Source of the DNA: Candidatus Latescibacterota bacterium
GTDB taxonomy: Bacteria > Krumholzibacteriota > Krumholzibacteriia > WVZY01 > JAKEHA01
DNA length: 64,000 bases
Assembly: GCA_963707635.1 (NCBI GenBank)
Contig: OY970173.1
Coordinates: 2,304,001-2,368,000 of the forward strand
Direction of reading: 5' to 3'
Shown: positions 54,250-62,153 of the stretch, piece by piece
Layout: each line of letters begins with the position of its first letter
Numbering within the stretch: position 1 is the stretch's first letter
Position numbers and translations under genes: made by a program
Notes under the pieces: model-generated
The model's database searches: none
What the model was told of the DNA's origin: nothing
What the model saw: only the letters and a program-made list of their open reading frames with translations

Positions 54250-55467
54250 TCACCCGGCGCGGAAGTAGTCCACGATCCGCTGCACCGACTCGGCGACGTC
54301 GCGGATGTCGTCCGCCGTCATGTCGGGAAAGATCGGGAGCGAAATACAGCGCGAATAGTAGTCGTCGCTGCGCGCGAGTCCGGGCGCCTCGCCGAGGTAG
54401 CCCCGGAAGAACGGGTGGTGGTGGATCGGGATGAAGTGCACCGAGCTGCCGATCTTCTCGGCGCGCAGGGCCTGGATGAACTCGTCGCGCCCGATGCGGA
54501 GCGCCTCGAGCCGGAGGCGAATCACGTACAGGTGCCACGTGTGCCAGTTGCCGGCGCGCTCCCGGGGCAGTTCGATCGCCGCGCACCCCGCGAGCGCGCC
54601 GGTGAGCGCATCCGCCGCCGCCCGCCGCTTCTCGAGCAGCGCGTCGATCTTGGCCAGCTGCGTGAGTCCGAGCGCGGCGTGCACGTCGCTCAGGTTGCAC
54701 TTGAAGCCGGGAATCTCGACCTGGTAGAACCACGACCCCTTGTCGGAGTAGCGGCTCCAGCTGTCCCGCGACATGCCGTGGTAGCCGAGGAGGCGAAGTC
54801 GCTGCGCGAGCGCGTCGTCGTCGGTCGTCAGCGCCCCGCCCTCCGCCGTGGTCAGGTTCTTGGTCGCGTAGAAACTGAACGCGGTCGCGCGCCCGAACCC
54901 GCCGAGCAGCCGGCCGCCGGCGCGCGCGCCGAAGGAGTGCGCCGCATCCTCGAGCACGTCGAGCCCGCGTCGCTGCGCGAGGGCGACGATCTCTTCGATA
55001 CGGCACGCCTGCCCGCCGAAGTGCACGGGCAGAATCGCTTTCGTTCGCGGCGTGATGCGACGCTCCACGTCCACGGGGTCGACGCCGAAGGTTTCGGTTT
55101 CGATGTCGGCCAGCACCGGGGTCGCGCCGTTGTGGATGATGGCGTGCACCGTGGAGGCGAAAGTGATCGGCGAGGTGATGACCTCGTCGCCGGGGCCGAC
55201 GCCGAGTGCCCGCAGCCCGATCAGCATCGCCTCGCTGCACGAGCTGACGGCGATCGCGTGGGCGGTGCCGAGGTAGTCGCGCAGCCGGTTCTCCAGCTCG
55301 AGCGCGCGCGGGCCCGAGGTGAGCCAGCCCGAACGCAGGGCGTCGGCCACGCCGGCGATGTCGTCCTCGCCCACCGCCGCGCGAAAAAACGGCAGGGGCT
55401 GCGACCGGACCGGCGTTCCGCCCGCGATCGCGGGGGTGCGGGCGCCACGCGGCGAGCTTGCCGTCAT
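54250..55467 (-). CDS. DegT/DnrJ/EryC1/StrS nucleotide-sugar aminotransferase
   Basis: SGWLTSGP, PVHFGG, EDAAH, SFYATKNLTTAEGG (PLP lysine). Confidence 0.94.
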   Translation of the reverse strand: MTASSPRGARTPAIAGGTPVRSQPLPFFRAAVGEDDIAGVADALRSGWLTSGPRALELENRLRDYLGTAHAIAVSSCSEAMLIGLRALGVGPGDEVITSPITFASTVHAIIHNGATPVLADIETETFGVDPVDVERRITPRTKAILPVHFGGQACRIEEIVALAQRRGLDVLEDAAHSFGARAGGRLLGGFGRATAFSFYATKNLTTAEGGALTTDDDALAQRLRLLGYHGMSRDSWSRYSDKGSWFYQVEIPGFKCNLSDVHAALGLTQLAKIDALLEKRRAAADALTGALAGCAAIELPRERAGNWHTWHLYVIRLRLEALRIGRDEFIQALRAEKIGSSVHFIPIHHHPFFRGYLGEAPGLARSDDYYSRCISLPIFPDMTADDIRDVAESVQRIVDYFRAG

Positions 55468-56912
55468 GGCTTCCCGCTCCGGTCGGCCGGCGCCGGCGCG
55501 GAGAGCTCCGCGTCGGGAATCACGCGCGTGAGCTCAGCGCGGATGCCGGCGCCGTCTCCCGCCCCGGCCAGGCGTTCCAGCGCGCCGAGACTGCGGGAGA
55601 GTTCGGCCGCGTTCGGCAGCACCGGCACCGCCCGCAGGATGTGTTCGTTGCGCGACGGTGTGGCGGTCTCTCCCTCCGCCACCAGCGCCTCGTGGAGCTT
55701 CTCGCCGGGCCGCAGCCCCGTGTACTGGATGCGCACGTCCGCCCCCGCCTTGAGGCCATGGAGCGCGATCAGGTCGCGCGCGAGTTCCGCGATCCGTATC
55801 GGCTCGCCCATCTTGAGAATGAAGATCTCCCCGCCCTCTCCCATCAGCGAGGCCTGCACGACCAGCAGGCACGCCTCCTTGACCGACATGAAGAAACGGG
55901 TGGCGTCCTCGTGACTCACGGTCACCGGCCCGCCCGCGCGAATCTGACTCACGAACAACGGCACCACGCTGCCGCGGCTGGCGAGCACGTTGCCGAAGCG
56001 CACGGTGATGAGCCTGGGAGCCCCCGGCGAGCCGTTGCGCGCCGCCACCAGGTATTCGGCGAAGCGCTTGGTGGCGCCCATGACCCCGCGCGGCCCCACC
56101 GCCTTGTCGGTCGAGAGCATCACCACCCGCGATACGCGCGCGGCCGTGGCCGCGTCGATCACGTTGCGGGTGCCGAGAATGTTGTTCTTTACCGCTTCGG
56201 CGGGAAACGCCTCCATATAATGGACGTGCTTGTGGGCCGCCGCGTGGTAAACGACATCGGGCCGGTGCTCGAGGAAGGACCGTTCGAGGGCGCCGGGGTC
56301 GCGCACGTCGATGATGGCCGGTGCCACGTCGCGAGCCGGGTGGCGCACGCGCAGCTCGTGCTCGATCTCGTAGATCTGATTCTCGCCCCGGCCCAGCAGC
56401 ACCAGGCGCTTCACGTCGAAGCGCGCGACCTGCCGGCAGATCTCGCCGCCGATGGAACCGCCGGCTCCGGTCACCAGCACGGTGCGCCCGCGCAGGAACC
56501 GTTCGATCTCCTGCTCGTCGAACTCGACCGTCTCCCGGCCCAGCAGATCCTCCGGGCGCACGTCGCGAATCTGTTCCAGATGCACCGGGCCCTTGATGAT
56601 CTCGAGCAGGCCCGGCGCGATGCGGTACGGCACCCCCGAGTCGCGGCACAGCGCCACCATCCGCCGCACGAACTCGCGCCCGGCGGAGGGCACGGCGATC
56701 AGCACCTCGTCGGCGCGTTCGCTGCGCACCCGCGCCGGCAGATCGGCGGTGACCCCGAGCACGGGAACACCGTCGACGGTGGCAGCGTGCAGCGTCGGGG
56801 CGTCGTCCAGGAACCCAACCACGGCGTACTGGTCCGGCGCGCGGTTCAAGATCTCCCGCGCGAGCATGCGGCCGGCTTCCCCGGCACCCACAATCAAGAG
56901 TCGTCTGGTCAT
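55464..56912 (-). CDS. PglF/CapD-like nucleotide-sugar 4,6-dehydratase (no N-terminal TM domain)
   Basis: IVGAGEAG, TGAGGSIG, HAAAHKHV, STDKAV, MGATK, RFGNV, GLRPGEKLHE. Confidence 0.93.
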   Translation of the reverse strand: MTRRLLIVGAGEAGRMLAREILNRAPDQYAVVGFLDDAPTLHAATVDGVPVLGVTADLPARVRSERADEVLIAVPSAGREFVRRMVALCRDSGVPYRIAPGLLEIIKGPVHLEQIRDVRPEDLLGRETVEFDEQEIERFLRGRTVLVTGAGGSIGGEICRQVARFDVKRLVLLGRGENQIYEIEHELRVRHPARDVAPAIIDVRDPGALERSFLEHRPDVVYHAAAHKHVHYMEAFPAEAVKNNILGTRNVIDAATAARVSRVVMLSTDKAVGPRGVMGATKRFAEYLVAARNGSPGAPRLITVRFGNVLASRGSVVPLFVSQIRAGGPVTVSHEDATRFFMSVKEACLLVVQASLMGEGGEIFILKMGEPIRIAELARDLIALHGLKAGADVRIQYTGLRPGEKLHEALVAEGETATPSRNEHILRAVPVLPNAAELSRSLGALERLAGAGDGAGIRAELTRVIPDAELSAPAPADRSGKP

Positions 56913-56922
56913 GAAGGCCGCG

Positions 56923-59307
56923 TCAGCGGATGACGGCGATCGGCCGGGTGACCGATCCGCCGGAACTCGCGATGCGCACGATGTACTTGCCGCTGCCCAC
57001 CAGGAATCCGCTCCGGTCGGTCAGGTCCCATATCACGTCTCCCGACGCCTGCGCCGACTGGGTATGCACCAGCTCGCCTTCGAGGTTGTAGACCTCGATC
57101 GTCACCGGCCCGGGCAGGTTCTCGATCTTGAGCGTGGTCTGCCCGCGGCTTCCGTAAACCGGGTTCGGGTACACGTAGACGTTCGACACGTCGCTGCTGA
57201 CCGCCTGCGTCGCGGTGGCGTCGTAGATCGAGAGACCGCCAAACGTCCCGATGTAGATGATGTTCCTGGTGCGATGGAGTGCGAGGCTCCGGCAGTCCGC
57301 GTGCGCGAGCGGCGAAATCACGCTCAGCGGGTAGCGAAGGCCCGACAGCGCGACGAAGCCCGCCGCGGTCGTGAACGCCTGGATGTCGTTCTCGTCGTCG
57401 CGCGCGATGCGATTGAGACCGGAGGTGGTGGCCACCCAGAGATTCTCGTCGTGGTCGAGGAGGACGTCGAACACCCCCGGGCTCAAGATACCGGCTCCGA
57501 TTCCGATGTAGACCGGAATCTCGCGCAAGGAACTCTCCCGGGGCGGTGGGAACTGGTTGTATCGGAACAGCCCGGCGGAGGTGGCGATCCAGAGGATCCC
57601 GTCGCTGCGGACCGCGAGCGCACGGATGTCCGCCGACGTCGGCAGGTCCCCGCCCGCGATCGCCGTGTTCCAGAAGTCGTCCGCCAGATTCGAGAGCTCG
57701 GACCACGCGTAGCCCTGATGGTACCACCGCTGAATACCCGCCGTGCGCGTCGCCACGTAGGCGAAGTCGCGGGACGCGGGATCGCTGGGAAACGCGACGT
57801 CCACAACGTCGCCCGAAATCATCTCCGCGTCGTTGGCCGGCGACTTCTGGAGCCACGCGCTCTTGTCCTTGCTCAAGACGTCGATTCCCTGCCAGCCCTG
57901 CGAGGCGAGCATCGAGACGTCGCCCAGGAACCAGCGGTTTCCGGCCGGGTCCTCCCTCGCCCGCTGAAAGCTGAGCGACCCGAGCCCGTCCCCGCCCCCG
58001 GAGCCGATGGTGTGCCGCGTCCACACGTCGTTGGCGTAGCTCGCGTCGAGACCGTCGTCGAACTCGTCGAGGGTGTTGGTCGTCTTGCTCAACGTGCAGA
58101 ACCACTTCCGCCCGTCGGAGTCCGCGAGAAAGGCCAGGTTCGCGTACTGGTTGGACGGGAGCTGGTTCGCGGGCAACAGCGGTGAGTTGTAGTTGACCCA
58201 GGTGCCGGCGGGAGTGAGCTTGCCGACGTAAAAGTTGAAAAACGACGCCCACACCGACCCGTCGGTGTCCACGGTCAGGCGCAGGACGTTGTTGGCCCCT
58301 GCCCCGTTCGGGAACAGGTTCGTCACCCGGGCGCCGTCGTAGCGCAGCAGGTTGACCCCGCGCCGGTCGGTGGGCTCCACACCGCCCATGTAGGCGTCCC
58401 CGTTTGACGAGAGCCCCAGCCCGCGCATGAGGATCGCGTTCGTGCCGCTCGAAGTGTTGTAGCGGGTGGTCAGGCTGTCGACGCGAACCTGGGCCCACGT
58501 CTGTCCCGCCCCGCTATAATGGAACAGGTTGCGCGTGCTCCCCGCCCACATGCTGCCGTCCCACGCGAACGAGTAGATCCGGAACCCGGCCGGACCCACG
58601 TCGGTCCAGGAACTGTTGGACGGATCGAAGCGCCGAACACCGCTGTCCGTCCCGACCCACACGGTCGATCCGTCGGTGCCGAGCACGTTGGCTTCGGCCG
58701 GCGCGCCGGGAACGAGGCTGATGAGTCCCAGCCGGTCGAGAGCCGCTACGCCGCCGTCGGTCGCCATCCAGACCGTATTCCCCACCGGGAGCACATCCAG
58801 CACGTCGTCCGCGGGGAGCCCGTCGCGGGCGTAGTAGCGCGCCGCCGCGAAGTCGTTGCGAATGATTCCCGCCCCCGGGCTCGACCCGTACACGATGTCG
58901 CTGCCCCAGAGGGCGATCGAGTTCACCCGGCTGCCGGCGATGCCGTCGATCTGTTCCGAAAGCGAGCGCAGCAAGGTGAGGCGGCCGTTCACGAGCCGGA
59001 CCTTGGCGACCCCGATGTCATCGGTCCCGATGTAGATGTCGCCATCGGCGTCGAACACGAGGCAGTTGAGCGCATTCGAGGGCAGCCCGGTGGCGTTGTC
59101 GTACTGCTCGAACCGGCCGGTGGCGACGTCGTACAAGAGCAGGCCCCCGAACGTCGTCATATAGAGGACGTCGTCGCGCGACACGATCTCGGTGATCATG
59201 CTGGCGTCGATGTGGTTTTCCCACTGCGCCGCCTGCGCGCCGCCGACGGCGCCGAGGCACGCGACCAGCGCCGCCGAACGCGCGAGTTTGATCCAGATAC
59301 CGCGCAC
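56923..59307 (-). CDS. Secreted two-beta-propeller protein with a C-terminal Ig domain, PorZ-like
   Basis: Signal peptide; Reg_prop-like repeats (GLPSN, GLPAD, LW-AT-GL); C-terminal NVYVYPNPV..IEVYNLEGELVH..WDLTDRSG..SGKYIV. Confidence 0.75.
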   Translation of the reverse strand: MRGIWIKLARSAALVACLGAVGGAQAAQWENHIDASMITEIVSRDDVLYMTTFGGLLLYDVATGRFEQYDNATGLPSNALNCLVFDADGDIYIGTDDIGVAKVRLVNGRLTLLRSLSEQIDGIAGSRVNSIALWGSDIVYGSSPGAGIIRNDFAAARYYARDGLPADDVLDVLPVGNTVWMATDGGVAALDRLGLISLVPGAPAEANVLGTDGSTVWVGTDSGVRRFDPSNSSWTDVGPAGFRIYSFAWDGSMWAGSTRNLFHYSGAGQTWAQVRVDSLTTRYNTSSGTNAILMRGLGLSSNGDAYMGGVEPTDRRGVNLLRYDGARVTNLFPNGAGANNVLRLTVDTDGSVWASFFNFYVGKLTPAGTWVNYNSPLLPANQLPSNQYANLAFLADSDGRKWFCTLSKTTNTLDEFDDGLDASYANDVWTRHTIGSGGGDGLGSLSFQRAREDPAGNRWFLGDVSMLASQGWQGIDVLSKDKSAWLQKSPANDAEMISGDVVDVAFPSDPASRDFAYVATRTAGIQRWYHQGYAWSELSNLADDFWNTAIAGGDLPTSADIRALAVRSDGILWIATSAGLFRYNQFPPPRESSLREIPVYIGIGAGILSPGVFDVLLDHDENLWVATTSGLNRIARDDENDIQAFTTAAGFVALSGLRYPLSVISPLAHADCRSLALHRTRNIIYIGTFGGLSIYDATATQAVSSDVSNVYVYPNPVYGSRGQTTLKIENLPGPVTIEVYNLEGELVHTQSAQASGDVIWDLTDRSGFLVGSGKYIVRIASSGGSVTRPIAVIR

Positions 59308-59309
59308 CG

Positions 59310-61430
59310 CTAGCCCTCCGCGGGTTCCTGCCCGCCCACCACGATGTCGAGCACGCGCCGGCGACCGCGCAGCATGCGTCCAAACGAGCCCACCAGGATT
59401 TTCGCGTCGCCCTCGAGCGACCAGTTCTGCACGTAGGCGGCGTCCTGGACCAGGAGGTCGTCGCGTTCGAGCGACGCCGGGCCCATCCGCCAGTAGCCGG
59501 TGACGCCGGGGCGCGCGTCGAAGCGGACGCGACCGACGCGTCCGACGTGCACGGCGTCCTCCGCGCGCAACGGATACGGGCCTACTACACTCATCTTGCC
59601 GATGACGACCAACCAGAACAGGGGAAGGTTCACGAAGTCGGACGGCCCGTCCGCTCGGCCGATTCCGGCCACCGGGACGGCGAGGGGCTCTCCGCGGGCG
59701 CCGATGCGTTCCTCCACGGCGAAGGGCTTCCTCGCCCGGGTGAACGCGTAGAGCGAGTATAACACATAGCACGGAAGCGCCACCACGGCGAAGGCCCCCC
59801 CGGCGATCAGGTCGAGCGCGCGCTTGGCGAACCGGTCCAGCAGGTAGCGCGTGTCGCGCGGGTAGAAGATCACCGGACGCCCCTGCAGGTCGGTAACGCG
59901 CGCCTGATGAAACACCAGTCCCGCGTAATCCATCAGAACGGTGACGTCGATCACGCGCCGCCGGCCCATGGCCACCAGTTCCGCGAGGATCTCGTCGCCC
60001 ACCGCACCCGGCAGCACGATCACGTGCTGGATGCGGTAGCGCTCGACGATGCGCTCGATGTCGTCGATCGCACCCAGGGTGCCGGTCAGGATCTCGTCGC
60101 TCTGTCCGCTGGTATCGACGACGCCGACCACGTCGAATCCCAGGGCGTCGTTCTGGGAGAGTTTGAGCTCGACCTCGCGGGCGCGCGCCTTCGGGCCCAC
60201 CACGCACGCGCGCTTCAGATCCACCTTGTAGGCCAGCAGTCCGCGGTGCAGCCGGCGCACACCGGAGCGCAGCAGCCAGTCGTAGAGGATGGCGAACGGC
60301 ACCAGAAACGCCACCACCATGCGCGAATAGGTCCGAATCTGGCTCAAATAGGTACTGGTCATGAGCAGGATCGACGCGAACGCGATGCCCTTGCCGATGG
60401 CGAAGAGCTCGTCGGTGGACTTGGTCTCGCGGCGAATACGGTAGAGGCCGATGGCGGCAAACGTGAACACGAACAGCAGGTTCTCGAACACCACGAAACG
60501 CTGGTACGCCCGGGCGGGGAAGATCGGGTTGGTGAAAATGTCGGCGAGCGCCACCCGCAGGTAGTACGCGGAGAGAAACGCCGCGTTGAACGCCGCCAGG
60601 TCGAGGAGCAGGAACAGCAGCACCTTCGCCACCTCGCGGTAGCGCTTGAACAGGTAGAAGACCGCGTTCCATTTCTCGTAGTAGCGAAACAGGCTCACCA
60701 GGTGCGCGACGAACGAGCGGTTGAGGACGGTCTGCGCGCTCTCGCGCTTGTACCCGTGCTCGATCACCGCGTCGGCGAGGTAGTAGACCTTGAGCCCCTT
60801 CTGCTTCATCCGGTAACACCAGTCGACGTCCTCGAAGTAGAGAAAGAAGCGCTCGTCCATCATGCCCACGCTCTCGACCGCGTCGCGGCGCACGAACATG
60901 GCCGCCCCCAGCACCCAGTCCACTTCCCGCGTCGAGGCGTGGTCGAAATCGAGCATCAGGTGATCGCGGACGGGGCGCGCGTTCTTGAAGATTCGTCCGA
61001 GTGGGGTGCGCCGCAGCAGCAGCACGGTGAAGGTGTAGAAGCGCCGGCACGAGAGCTGGACGGTGCCGTCGTGAAACACCAGTTTCGGCCCGACGATGCC
61101 GGCGCCCGGGTTCTTCTCCGCGAAGTCCAGCAGGCGGTGGATCGCGCCGCGCCGCACCACCGTGTCCGGGTTGAGGATCAGCAGGTAGCGCCCGCGGGCC
61201 CGCCGGATGCCCGCGTTGACCCCCTTGGAGTAGCCCAGATTCTCCCGCCCCGCCACCACCGTGACCCACGGGAATTCCCGCTTCACCGTTTGCACGGTGT
61301 CGTCGGCGCTGGCGTTGTCGACCACGATGACTTCCAGCACTCCGGCCGCCGCGTCCGCGGCGAGGGACTCCAGGCACGCCCGGATTACGCGCGCGCTGTT
61401 GTAACCGACGATGACGACGGAAACCTGCAC
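59310..61430 (-). CDS. GT2 glycosyltransferase fused to a WcaJ/WbaP-like TM, Rossmann and degenerate phosphoglycosyl-transferase region
   Basis: VVDNAS, NLGYSKGVN, LNPD, FLYFEDVDWC; then TM helices, KRALD, GKMSVVGP, RPGVTG, YVQNWS..D. Confidence 0.88.
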   Translation of the reverse strand: MQVSVVIVGYNSARVIRACLESLAADAAAGVLEVIVVDNASADDTVQTVKREFPWVTVVAGRENLGYSKGVNAGIRRARGRYLLILNPDTVVRRGAIHRLLDFAEKNPGAGIVGPKLVFHDGTVQLSCRRFYTFTVLLLRRTPLGRIFKNARPVRDHLMLDFDHASTREVDWVLGAAMFVRRDAVESVGMMDERFFLYFEDVDWCYRMKQKGLKVYYLADAVIEHGYKRESAQTVLNRSFVAHLVSLFRYYEKWNAVFYLFKRYREVAKVLLFLLLDLAAFNAAFLSAYYLRVALADIFTNPIFPARAYQRFVVFENLLFVFTFAAIGLYRIRRETKSTDELFAIGKGIAFASILLMTSTYLSQIRTYSRMVVAFLVPFAILYDWLLRSGVRRLHRGLLAYKVDLKRACVVGPKARAREVELKLSQNDALGFDVVGVVDTSGQSDEILTGTLGAIDDIERIVERYRIQHVIVLPGAVGDEILAELVAMGRRRVIDVTVLMDYAGLVFHQARVTDLQGRPVIFYPRDTRYLLDRFAKRALDLIAGGAFAVVALPCYVLYSLYAFTRARKPFAVEERIGARGEPLAVPVAGIGRADGPSDFVNLPLFWLVVIGKMSVVGPYPLRAEDAVHVGRVGRVRFDARPGVTGYWRMGPASLERDDLLVQDAAYVQNWSLEGDAKILVGSFGRMLRGRRRVLDIVVGGQEPAEG

Positions 61431-61433
61431 GGG

Positions 61434-62153
61434 TTATGGAATCTTCCTCAGGATGGACGCAAACCGCAGCTTCCACACCATGAACGCCGCTTCCCAGATG
61501 ATGCGGCGGGACATCTTCGACGACCCCACCAGCCGATCGGTGAACACGATCGGCATCTCGACGATGCGCAACCCGCGCTTCCACACGTGGTAGTTCATTT
61601 CGATCTGGAAGGAGTAGCCGTCGCTGCGAATGCGGTCCAGCGGCAGCACGGCCAGCACTTCGCGCCGGAAGCACTTGAATCCGCCGGTGGCGTCGTGGAG
61701 CGGCATGCCGGTCACGATGCGCGTATAGATATTGGCCGAAACGCTCAGGATCAGCCGCGAAAGCGGCCAGTTCACCACGGTGACGCCGCCCGAATAGCGC
61801 GAGCCGATCACCAGGTCCGCGCCCCGGATCTTCTCGAGAAAGAATGGAATCGCGCCCGGGTCGTGCGAGAAGTCCGCGTCCATCTCGAAGACGAACTTCG
61901 CGTCGGAATTCGCCAGCGCCCACTTGAACCCGGCGATGTACGCTCCTCCGAGCCCCAGCTTGGCACCCCGGTTCAGCACGTGCAGGCGCGGTTCCCGGCG
62001 CGCCCAGTCTTCCACCAGCCGGCCGGTTCCATCGGGCGAGTTGTCGTCCACCACCAGCACGTGCAGGTCGACCGGCAGCGCCAGCGACGCGGACAGGATA
62101 CGCTCGATGTTCTCGCGTTCGTTGTAGGTGGGAATCACGACGAGCGCTTCCAC
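61434..62153 (-). CDS. Polyprenol monophosphomannose synthase (Ppm1/DPM1-like GT2)
   Basis: IPTYNEREN, VDDNSPDGT, KLGLG, EMDADFSH, GSRY, DATGGF, GYSFQIE. Confidence 0.92.
   Translation of the reverse strand: MEALVVIPTYNERENIERILSASLALPVDLHVLVVDDNSPDGTGRLVEDWARREPRLHVLNRGAKLGLGGAYIAGFKWALANSDAKFVFEMDADFSHDPGAIPFFLEKIRGADLVIGSRYSGGVTVVNWPLSRLILSVSANIYTRIVTGMPLHDATGGFKCFRREVLAVLPLDRIRSDGYSFQIEMNYHVWKRGLRIVEMPIVFTDRLVGSSKMSRRIIWEAAFMVWKLRFASILRKIP

Noticed and set aside
56923..61923. 1666-aa giant ORF
   Set aside because: The N-terminal half is an off-frame read through the GT2-PGT and Ppm1 genes. The real gene begins at GTG 59307 with a signal peptide.
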